From: Bacteroidia bacterium
GTDB taxonomy: Bacteria; Bacteroidota; Bacteroidia; M30B66
Direction of reading: 5' to 3'
NCBI GenBank assembly: GCA_965279035.1
Contig: OZ257142.1
Coordinates: forward strand, 2,336,001-2,400,000
Length of the DNA: 64,000 nucleotides
How positions within the stretch are numbered: position 1 is the first letter of the stretch; each line of letters begins with the position of its first letter. The position numbers and the translations under genes are program-made. The notes below the pieces were generated by a model, which saw only the letters and a list, made by a program, of their open reading frames with translations, was not told where the DNA came from and did not search any database. Positions 39,188 to 50,400 of the stretch are shown one piece after another.

Positions 39188-40663
39188 ATGAGTAAAGAAC
39201 ATTCAACAAGAGAAGAAAACTATTCACAATGGTACAACGATATTGTTATAAAGGCTGATTTAGCTGAGAATTCAGCTGTTCGTGGCTGTATGGTTATTAA
39301 ACCGTATGGATATGCTATTTGGGAAAAAATGCAAGCTGCTTTAGATAAAATGTTCAAAGACACTGGTCATGTGAATGCTTATTTTCCATTGTTTATTCCC
39401 AAATCATTTTTAAGCAAAGAAGCTGCACATGTGGAAGGTTTTGCTAAAGAATGTGCTGTAGTTACTCATTATCGATTAATGAATGATCCAAATGGTAAAG
39501 GTGTAATTGTAGATCCTGATGCGAAATTGGAAGAAGAATTAATTGTTCGTCCAACTTCTGAAACCATTATTTGGAGCACTTATAAAGGATGGATTCAATC
39601 GTATAGAGATTTGCCATTACTTGTTAATCAATGGGCAAACGTTGTTCGATGGGAAATGCGAACACGTTTATTCTTAAGAACTGCAGAGTTTTTATGGCAA
39701 GAAGGTCATACAGCTCATGCAACAGCACAAGAAGCCATTGAAGAAACTGAAAGAATGCTTGATGTATATGCAGATTTTGCAGAAAATTTCATGGCAATAC
39801 CAGTAATCAAAGGGATAAAAACGGAAAACGAACGCTTTGCTGGAGCATTAAATACATATTGTATTGAAGCAATGATGCAAGATGGTAAAGCACTTCAAGC
39901 AGGAACATCTCACTTTTTAGGTCAAAATTTCGCGAAAGCATTTGATGTAAAATTTACAAGCAAAGAGGGTAAACTGGATTATGTTTGGGCAACTTCATGG
40001 GGTGTTTCTACACGTTTAATGGGAGCATTGATTATGACCCATTCTGATGATAAAGGCCTTGTTCTTCCTCCTAAATTAGCACCATTTCAAGTGGTCATTG
40101 TTCCAATCTATCGCTCAGATGAAGAATTTACACGTGTTTGTGATGCTGGTAAATCTATTAAAAAAGAGTTGGAACGATTTGGCGTTTCAGTAAAGTTGGA
40201 TGATCGTGATACACAGAAACCAGGTTTTAAATTTGCCGAACACGAGTTTAGAGGTGTTCCAATTCGTATTGCAATTGGACCAAGAGATCTTGAAAATGGA
40301 ACAGTTGAAGTAGCTAGAAGAGATACTCTTGAAAAAGAGGTACTTCAAATTACAGATTTATCCACTAAAATTGTTCATCTTCTTGAACAAATACAAGATA
40401 ATCTATATACAAGAGCAATGGATTTTAGAGAAGCTAAAACTCATAAGGCTGATAATTGGGATGAATTTGTTGCTTTATTAGATGGGCCAGGTGGATTTAT
40501 CCATGCTCATTGGGATGGAACTTCTGAAACTGAAAATAAAATTAAAGAAATGACAAAGGCAACTATTCGCTGTATTCCTTTGGATACTAAACCGGAAGAA
40601 GGAAAATGCATTTTAACTGGTAATCCTTCACATCAAAGAGTCATATTTGCTCGTTCATATTAA
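39188..40663 (+). CDS. proS: Proline--tRNA ligase (archaeal/eukaryote-like type)
   Basis: [43 protein letters not shown]-terminal ARSY. Confidence 0.97.
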   Translation: MSKEHSTREENYSQWYNDIVIKADLAENSAVRGCMVIKPYGYAIWEKMQAALDKMFKDTGHVNAYFPLFIPKSFLSKEAAHVEGFAKECAVVTHYRLMNDPNGKGVIVDPDAKLEEELIVRPTSETIIWSTYKGWIQSYRDLPLLVNQWANVVRWEMRTRLFLRTAEFLWQEGHTAHATAQEAIEETERMLDVYADFAENFMAIPVIKGIKTENERFAGALNTYCIEAMMQDGKALQAGTSHFLGQNFAKAFDVKFTSKEGKLDYVWATSWGVSTRLMGALIMTHSDDKGLVLPPKLAPFQVVIVPIYRSDEEFTRVCDAGKSIKKELERFGVSVKLDDRDTQKPGFKFAEHEFRGVPIRIAIGPRDLENGTVEVARRDTLEKEVLQITDLSTKIVHLLEQIQDNLYTRAMDFREAKTHKADNWDEFVALLDGPGGFIHAHWDGTSETENKIKEMTKATIRCIPLDTKPEEGKCILTGNPSHQRVIFARSY

Positions 40664-40672
40664 TTCCTTTTT

Positions 40673-41359
40673 ATGCAAAATGCTCAAGAACTGATCATTC
40701 AAACATTGAAAGAAAAATCGTCACTTAAACAAGATATTTACCGTCTTAATTTGAGTGTTTTCGATCAATTTAAAACAGCGCTCAAAGAAGTAGCTTCATC
40801 ATTGCATGATGAAATTCAACAAATTGACAAACGAATTGTCATTGAATATAGTGAGAATTCGCCCTTTTCAATTCAAGTGAGAACAGCCGGTGATATTCTC
40901 GTTTTTGAAATGCATACCAATGTATTTCTATTTGATGCACAACATAAAATATGGAATTTATCCTACGTTCAAGAAGATCATTCTCGAGGATATTGTGGTT
41001 TAATTAATATTTACAATTTCCTTTCAGATTCAATTCAATATAAACGTGTGAATGATGTTGGATATTTAATTGGGCGCATATTCATCAATAAAGAAAGCCA
41101 CTTTATGGTTGAAGGAAAACGTCAGATGGGTTTTTTGTACAATAATTTCTCAACGGATATTATTACACCTCAACGAATAAAAGAAGTCATTCAATCGGCA
41201 ATTCTATTTTGTTTAAATTTTGATTTATTAATGCCTCCTTACGAAGCTGTTCAAGAAACAACTTTCAGTCAAATTAATGAAAATGCTCAAAGCATTAAAG
41301 CAATTACTGGAAAACGTTTAGGATTCAGATTTCATAAAGACGAAGATCATATTAGTTAA
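40673..41359 (+). CDS. Conserved hypothetical protein
   Basis: Well-formed ORF 9 bp after proS with motifs MHTNVF, IYNFLSDS, GYLIGRIFIN, GKRLGF. Function not recognised. Confidence 0.75.
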   Translation: MQNAQELIIQTLKEKSSLKQDIYRLNLSVFDQFKTALKEVASSLHDEIQQIDKRIVIEYSENSPFSIQVRTAGDILVFEMHTNVFLFDAQHKIWNLSYVQEDHSRGYCGLINIYNFLSDSIQYKRVNDVGYLIGRIFINKESHFMVEGKRQMGFLYNNFSTDIITPQRIKEVIQSAILFCLNFDLLMPPYEAVQETTFSQINENAQSIKAITGKRLGFRFHKDEDHIS

Positions 41360-41374
41360 TATGATTTAATACAA

Positions 41375-41420
41375 AACCCGACAAAACAGATTAAATCAGT
41401 TTTGTCGGGTTATTTTTTTT
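41375..41420. terminator. Bidirectional intrinsic terminator
   Basis: AACCCGACAAAAC...GTTTTGTCGGGTT 13-bp stem with a T-run, between convergent genes. Confidence 0.85.
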
Positions 41421-41427
41421 AGGGAGT

Positions 41428-44400
41428 TTATCGTTTAATAATAGATCGACTACCCGTGATTTCAATTTTACGATCGTTACTCAAATTCAAGTGGTAAGCA
41501 CCAACAGGTAAGGCTGAAACATCTAGTCGAACAATATTATTTCCTATTTCCAATTTCACTTTTTGAGATAATAATATTTGACCACTAGTGCTAAACAATG
41601 TTAACTGGATATCCATTTCATCGGAAGATGTAATTTCTACATTAGCGTATTCGATGGCTGGATTTGGATAGATTTTTACTTCGTTCTTAACTTTCTTCTC
41701 ACAATTAACAAAAACGGGATCGAAGGTTTCGGAATCTCCATTGTAATCCACTTGTTTCAATCGGAAATAGCTTCCTCCAAAATAAGATGATTCAATGATT
41801 TCACCATAATTTTTATTCGAATTGCTATTTCCTGCGCCTGGAACTGTTTTTACAGTTTTCCAAAAGATAGCATCATCACTTTCTTCAATATTAAATTCTT
41901 TATTATTTGATTCAGATGCAGTTGACCACTTTAATGTGACTTGAGATCCGTCACATTTAGCATCAAAACTCACTAAAGTAATTGGCAAAACATTCGTAGC
42001 TCCACCTGCATATCCAAAATTTGAAAAACCACTAACACCACTTCTTCTTAACGTTGGAGTAGTCAAATCACCAATAGCACTTAAATGATTTCCCGGGCAA
42101 AACCAATTTCCTCCGTTCACACGTTTTACCATAGTTAATTGTGAAAGTGAATTTTGCAATGAGAGGAATCCCTCTCCAGTTAAGGAAATCGTATATTCTC
42201 CATCAATTAATGTATTGGCTAGATTATCAATTTTCCAATATCCATCACTTGAGAAATTTGTAACCTCAAATCCAGCACCTCCCGTGTTAGCAGCTCCAAT
42301 GAGAGTTTGCGTTCCAATTGAACCATTTATCATAGGTTCCGACATAAAACGAATTGTCAAATGCCCTGCAGTACTTGGAGCTACTGTATAATTAAGCAAT
42401 ACGTGTCGATTTTTCCAAGCATTATTAACGAATTGCCCCATTGGGAATAATCCACTTCCAGTACCAGAATTCGTTTGGGCTTTATACCAACGTTTCAAGA
42501 TTCCTGCAATGTAACCATTCGTATATTTAATAATACCCGGATGAGTTTCATCATATCCAATTTCAAGAATACTGGTTTGTGTATCGATATTTCCTCTAGC
42601 CATATCCAATGTATCTTTCACTTGAACATTATCTGTTAACAATACAGTTCCACTACTTTTATTAATATTCAAACTACTGAATACTGCTGTTCCTGTTCCT
42701 GCTACAGATATTGTTTGGTCTACAGATCCATTTAAGTGAAAGCTGCTTGTCCCAGGATCCATATTTCCATTCAAGGTGATGTTTCCTGTTACATTAATAT
42801 CATGAACACTTGATGCTAAATTAAATGTAGCTCCCGTTTGTATAGTTAAATTCTTTACAGAAATATCTGCATCCGCATTTAAAGATTTATTTCCACTTCC
42901 TGATATTGTCAAGATATTATACGACAAGGAACTAATACCTGAAAATAAGAGTTGATCGGCAGCTTTGTTATATATCACAGTACCGTTTCCAGAAGAGAAA
43001 ACCGCATCAGAGCTAAGTGTTAGTTGATTGCCAATGGTCAAACTTCCCGTTGAAGTCCAAATCAGAGATCCATTTAGAACAACATCCAAAGCTGTAATTG
43101 AACTTGCAGCAGCACCCAATGTTAATGTTGAAGATGGGCGCACTGTTATTTTGTTTAATGTTGAAGTAACTGCCGAATTACTAGTATTTGTATGTGCAAT
43201 TGTTGCATCCGATAAATTACTTGGGACTAATGAACCTAGCCATGTTGCTGCAGTATTCCAATCTCCATTGGCACTTGTAATATATCCAATGTAATTAAAA
43301 CCAGCAGTTCCATAGGCTCCAGTTGTAGGATTTGTAACAACTACATTACCAGTAGAATTAACGCCTTGATTATTTACTATAGCTGAAATTTGTCCAGAGT
43401 TGACATAAATTACTAATGTTGCAGCAACTCCATTATAACTAACTGTAGCATTGTTTGCGAAATTAGAACCATTAATCGTGATACGTTGTCCACGATAACC
43501 TGTATTTTCTGACTGTCCACTGATGAGTGGTATTGTTGGAACAACACTCGTTATGATAGGTGTTGTTAAAGTAACTATAGCTCCAGAAGGATTACTTTTT
43601 ACTGTACATCCATTGCTATTGGTTACAACACAATAATAGTATAGTGTTCCAACTATTGCAGTTGATGGAACATAGGTTGACGAATTAGCTGTAAACAAGA
43701 TTGAGCCTCCCGTATTGGACGATATAGTATTGCTATACCATTGATACGAGTCGATAGTGCCACTTCCTGCATTTGCAGTTACACTTAAAGTATTTGCAGT
43801 TGTATTTTGACTGTATGAACCAGCCGGTGTAATTTGAGAAACAATTGTAGGTAAAGCATTAATTGTTGCTATTACTGCCGTTCTGCCCGAAGCCGCACAA
43901 TTTGAAGTTGACGCATCTGCATAATAAGTAGTTGTAGTATTTAATGATGGGGTTGTATACGTATCGCTTGTCGCGAGAAGAGTTCCACCTGTTGCTGCTG
44001 TATACCATTTTACAACTCCCGTTGATGAACTAGCAGAAATCGTTAATGTTCCAGGTCCGCATCGTTCAGCAGGAGTTGTTTCAGCAATTATTGGTAAAGC
44101 TGTCATTGACACCTCCATCGAATTTGTTGAAATACAACCTGATTCAGTTATTGTTTCAGTTAAAGTATAGGTTGTTGTAGATGTAGGTGAAGCTATTGGA
44201 TTTGAAACCGTTGCATTGCTTAAATTACTCGATGGACTCCAGCTATAAGTATGACCAGCAATAGTAGTTTCGCCAATTGTAACTCCTCCTGATCCACAAA
44301 TAATTTTATCTACACCTGCATTATCTCCTGGAACAGGATTTACAGTAATTGGAACTGGAAAAGTTGGAACTGAACAACCATAAGAGTTTGTTGCTGTTAC

Positions 44401-47400
44401 AACATAGAAGCGACTTACATCCGGATGAAGGTTTACTGGATTTTGTTCTGTTGATGTAAACCCCGATGGTGAAGAAGCCCAACTATAACCATAGTTTGTT
44501 GATGCACCTGTAATTGATACATTGTCGATAGCCCAATAACGGTCGTTCGAAGCTTGATATACAAAACGAATGTAAAGAGACGGTTGTCCAATATATGAAT
44601 TCAAGTTAATCACAGAATTTACAAATCCAGTTAAAGATCCTTGTGTTGAAGTATAAGAAGCGATATCAGTCCAAGTAGTATTGTTTGTTGAGACTTGAAC
44701 TTTGGCTTCATCACCCGAAGCTCTGTAATTGAAATAATGGAAAAAGTCGAGACTCAATGAACTGAATCCAGTTGAATTCATCATTGGTGAACGCAGTATA
44801 GTATACGTTGTCCCACCAGAACCTTGAGCTTGACTATTTGATAGATAAAACTGAGTTTGATCATTTGAACGAAATGTACTACCGCTGTAAACAAAATTAT
44901 CTGCACGCAGGGTAAAAGCTGCTAAAGCTGGAGTTCCACCTGTAGAATTATTTGTAGCTGTCCAGTTAGAAAACGAACCATTGAATCGTTCTCTTAACAA
45001 TACTGTTTGATAGCTTGTAGCATTTGAATATAAATCAACTTCTTCTCCATTACAAATGATATCATCAGAAGAAGATGAAGTAAGCGATCCAGTGAAAATA
45101 TATGGATTGATATCAACAAAAAACGTATCCGATTTAGCTGCACATCCACCTGTAGCATTTAGTGAATTTACAACTGCATAATTACCTGGAGTAGAAGAAG
45201 AAACGTTTATTACTCCAGTGCTTGCACTTACGAAATTTAATCCAGATGAAGTTGTAAAAGTACCAGCTACTGCACCTGATTCAAATATTGGTGAAACATT
45301 AGCAGCATTTACACTTTGACATAAATCATTGGATACATAACTGAAATTTGGATTGGGAGCACCTGTGATTGTTATAGTATTTGTTGCTGTAACAACACTA
45401 CAAGAACCGGAAGGCGTAATGCGATTGGTAACTGTATATGTTCCAGGTGTACTTGCTGATAAATCAACTTGTCCAGTACTTGTACTAATGAACACTAGAC
45501 CTGTTGTTGAAGAGAATACTCCAGCTATTGCAGCTCCACTAAAAGTTGGAAGTGGATCTGTGCCACTACTACAAAATGGTGAACCTATATAACTGAATGT
45601 TGCAGAAGGTGTTGTTGTTATTGAAACGATAACAGGTTTGATATCAGAACAAGAACCATTTGTACTTTTTATATAATATGTTCCACTAGTAGCAACAGCT
45701 GCAGGATTTGAAATCGCTGTTGTTGCACCTGCATTTGTCCAATAGCTAAGTACACCAGAACCCGTACTTCCTGCAGTAACTGAGGCTGCTGTTAGGTTTA
45801 CAGTTCCCGAACACGCTGCTTGGTTAGTAATTGATAAAACCGGTGTTGTAGAAACATTCACTGTGATTGTTGTTGTCATTTCAACATTACAATCGGTTGT
45901 ATAACGTGTTGCTATAACATTGAACGTAGTGGTATTATTTAATATTCCTGTAGGAAGAAGGAGTGAAGAGCCATTTCCTTGAATTTCATCCCCAATATTT
46001 TCATCTGTTGCATTGTTTCTTAATTGATAATAAACACCAAGTTCTGAAGCTGCCAGTTGAATGTTTGTTGAAGTGCCAGAACAAACAGTTGAAGAAACTG
46101 CTGTAATTGTTTGATTCGTTGGTAAAGGAGAAACTACAACATTGCAACTTGATGACATTGAACATCCAAAACCATCAGTTAATGTAACAGTATAAGTTCC
46201 ATTATTTGTTGCACTAGCAGTTTGACTTACAACAGGATTTGGTAGTGATGAAGTAAATCCGTTCGGACCAGTCCATGAATAAATAAAAGGACTAGCTCCA
46301 CCAGTTGCATTCGAATTTAAAATTAAAGGGTTATTGACACAAACGCCTGAATTCCCATTCACCGTTGGAACTAATGAAAGTTGTGATGGAGAAAGTGTTC
46401 CAAATGAAACATCATCCATGGCAAAGTCATTTCCACCCAATATGGTATTTAAGTTCACGATGGAAAGATTGGCTATTGTGCTTGGTCCCGAATTCCATTG
46501 TCCATAAAAACGAACCCAGTTATATGGTCCATTTGCATTTGAATATCCGTTTGGAAGATTGGCTACTGTTCCTATTTGATTTCCATTAATTGAAAACTGT
46601 AAAATGGCATTATTACCATTTACAACAGACATTGCCCAAGCAGAGAAATAATACGTTGTATTTGGAAGAACAGTGATATTATTTTGGCTCCAAACCGTTG
46701 CTCCTAATAAAGGAGAACCATTAATTACCATAATATTCCCAGTTCCATAATAACGATCTTTCCCATTGAATGCTGTATGAACGTTATTGGCATTTGGCAA
46801 AATAGCATAGGTTCCTTCGGGATATAATTCGAGTTGACCTGCAATATCAGCGCGATAGGAATATGCTGTTGTAAATCCAGTATTTCCGGCTGAAAATGTA
46901 CCATTCGTAACTAATTCAGTTGCAACTGGAGAAAATGCCGTACCTGAACATCCTGCGAGATTCGTAACGGTTACAGTATACACACCTGCTTGGTCCACAT
47001 CAATAATTTGTGTTGATTCACCAGTGCTCCAAGAATAACTTGAATAACCTGCAGTTGCTGAGAGTACAACAAGTCCACCGTTTGAACAATAATTTGAAGA
47101 TACGCTAACTGTTGGATTCGCATTGATTGTTGCAGTTACAGCTGTTCTTGTTGAAGTACAAGATCCTGAAGTTGTAGCAACGTAATAAATAGTTGTTGCA
47201 GAAATAGAAGGAGTAGTATAACTAGTTCCAGTTCCTAATGAAACTCCACCAGTTGAAGCAGCATACCAGTTAATTGTTCCCGCACTTGCAACAGCCGATA
47301 ATATTACTGTTCCAGTACCGCAACGACTTCCTGGTGTAGTTGAACTGATAGTTGGAATTGTATTGATGGTTGCTATTACAGCAGTTCTTGTTGCAGAATT

Positions 47401-50400
47401 ACAACCAAGGTTAGATGCTTCAGCATAATACGTTGTTGTTGTTGCAATGGATGGTGTAGTGAATGAGTATCCTGTTCCTATTGATGAACCACCCGATGCT
47501 GCTGTAAACCAATTAATTGTTCCTGCAGAAGCTGTTGCTCCTAGAACGACAGTACCTGTACCGCAATTATTACCTGGAGTTGAAGTAGCTACAGTTGGTA
47601 AAGGATTTACCATTGCAATGACTGCTGTTCGCGTAGGTGAAGTACATCCTGTTGCTGTGGCATCCACATAATAAGTTGTTGTAGCTGAAATTGATGGAGT
47701 TGTATAATTAGCATTTGCAGCTAAAGATGATCCACCTGTTGAAGCAGCATACCAATTGACTGTTCCAGCTGATGCTACTGCAGAAAGACTTACTGTTCCT
47801 GTTGAACAACGAGTGCCTGGAGTAGTTGAAGTAATTGTTGGAATTGTATTTACTGTTGCAATGATTGCAGTTCTAGAACTACTGGTGCACGATCCATTTG
47901 TTGCATCTGCATAAAATGTAGTTGTTGAAGAAATTGAAGATGTTGTAAAAGAAGTTCCTGAAGCTAATGAACTACCACCAGTTGAGGCTGCATACCAATT
48001 TATAGTTCCTGTAGAAACAGCACTTAATAAAACAGTACCAGATCCACATCGACTTCCTGGAGTTGATGACGAAATGGTCGGAATAGCATTTATTGTTGCT
48101 ATAACAGCAGTTCGAGCGGCTGAAGCACAACCTGCATTTGAAGCTTCAGCATAATAAGTTGTAGTTGAAGCAATCGATGGAGTTGTAAATGAGTTTCCAG
48201 ATCCAATAGATGCTCCACCCGTTGAAGCTGCAAACCAATTGATTGTACCTGCAGAAGCTGTTGCACCAAGTACCACTGTTCCTGATCCACAATTACTTCC
48301 CGGCGTTGTTGTAGCTACCGTTGGTAAAGGATTTACTGTTGCAATAACTGCCGAACGTGTTGGTGTTGTACAACCTAAGTTAGTAGCATCCACATAATAC
48401 GTAGTGGAAGAAGCGATTGAAGGTGTTGTATAAGAAATTCCAGAACCAAGCGACGATCCACCACTAACTGCAGCGTACCAATTAATGGTTCCTGCAGAAG
48501 CCGTTGCTCCTAAAACGACAGTTCCTGTTGAACATCTACTAGCAGGTGTTGTCGCAGTAATTGTTGGATTGGCGTTAACAGTAGCGATAACCGCTGTTCG
48601 ACTAGCAGAAACACATGATCCAGAAGTTGCATCCACATAATACGTTGTAGTTGAAGCAATGGAAGGAGTTGTAAAAGATGTTCCCGTTCCGAGCGATGAT
48701 CCACCACTTGCAGCCGCATACCAATTGATTGTTCCGGCAGATGCTGTAGCTCCTAAAACGACAGTTCCAGTAGAACAACGTGACGCAGGAGTAGTAGCTG
48801 TAATGCTTGGAAGCGGATTAATAGTAGCAATGACTGCTGTTCGAGCGGCTGAAGAACAACCAGCATTGGATGCTTCAGCATAATAAGTTGTAGTTGAAGC
48901 GATGGATGGAGTTGTAAATGAGTTTCCTGAACCGATAGAAGCACCACCCGATGCAGCAGCAAACCAATTGATAGTTCCAGCAGAAGCAGTAGCACTAAGA
49001 ACGACTGTTCCTGTTCCACAATTACTTCCCGGTGTTGTTGAAGCAACCGTTGGTAATGTGTTTACAGTTGCAATAACAGCCGAACGTGTTGGTGTTGTAC
49101 AACCTAAATTAGTGGCATCCACATAATACGTTGTAGAAGAAGCGATTGAAGGTGTTGTAAATGAAGTTCCCGTTCCTAGAGAAGAACCACCACTTGCAGC
49201 AGCATACCAATTGATAGTTCCTGCAGAAGCCGTTGCGCCTAAAACGACTGTTCCTGTTGAACATCTACTAGCTGGTGTTGTTGCAGTAATTGTTGGATTG
49301 GCGTTAACAGTAGCGATAACCGCTGTTCGACTAGCAGAAACACATGATCCAGAAGTTGCATCCACATAATACGTTGTGGTTGAAGCGATGGAAGGAGTTG
49401 TAAACGATGTTCCTGTTCCGAGCGATGATCCACCACTTGCTGCTGCGTACCAATTGATTGTACCGACAGATGCTGTAGCACCTAAAACGACTGTTCCAGT
49501 TGAACAACGTGAAGCTGGTGTTGTAGATACAATACTTGGAGGCGGATTAATAGTAGCAATGACTGCTGTTCGTGCAGATGAAGCGCAACCAGCATTGGAT
49601 GCTTCGGCATAATAGGTTGTAGTTGAAGAAATAGAAGGAGTTGTGAATGAGTTGCCAGTTCCAAGTGAAGCACCACCTGTGGCGGCAGCATACCAGTTAA
49701 TAGTTCCAGTAGAAGCCGTAGCACCAAGAACAACTGTTCCAGTTCCGCAATTACTTCCCGGAGTTGTTGAAGAAACCGTTGGGTTTGAACTAATTGTAAC
49801 AGAAGTTGAAGTTGAATATTCGGGGCAATAACCTGAGGCCGCACGATAATATGTAGCGGTATAAGTTCCTATAGTGCTTGAAGATGGAGTTATCACACCA
49901 CTTCCATTCATAGCTAATCCCGACGGTGTTCCTAAAACCCAAGTAGAAGCTCCAGTTCCACCTGCTCCAGTTATTGTTGGTGAAACTGGACTTGAAGAAG
50001 AAGAACATAAGGCAGAAGGATAACTTATCGTTCCAGTTCCTTGAGCGTCAATTGTAACATTGGTTGTTGTTGAATAAGCTGCACAGCCACCAGATGCAGG
50101 AACTGTATAAGTTACTACATATGCTGTTGAACTTGCGGTACTTAAGGATGGAGTGATAGCACCAGAGGCGGAATTTATAGATAGCCCAGCTGTTGAACTA
50201 TAAGTACCTGCTCCAATTAAATTTGAAGTTGAAATTGCTTGTGGACTTGAAGTAGAATTACAAAAGCCTGCAGAAGCATATGAGAAATTCCCCGAAGGTT
50301 GGGGTGTGATAATTACTGTTGCAACATTGCTTGCAGATGAACAACCTAGTGTGTTTGTAACAACGCAGTAATAGTAAAATGTTCCAGGAGTTGAACCTGA

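Noticed and set aside
39075-39227. Longer N-terminus of the low-complexity ORF given in the ORF track
   Set aside because: Overlaps the proS start and divergent promoter region; ATG 39074 gives a proper lipoprotein signal.
39188-40663. Archaeal/eukaryote-type ProRS as evidence of recent gene transfer
   Set aside because: This form is normal for Bacteroidota.
47447-49844. Recurrent ~74-aa plus-strand ORFs and alternative-frame ORFs
   Set aside because: Antisense shadows of the Thr/Ala/Ser-rich Ig repeats.
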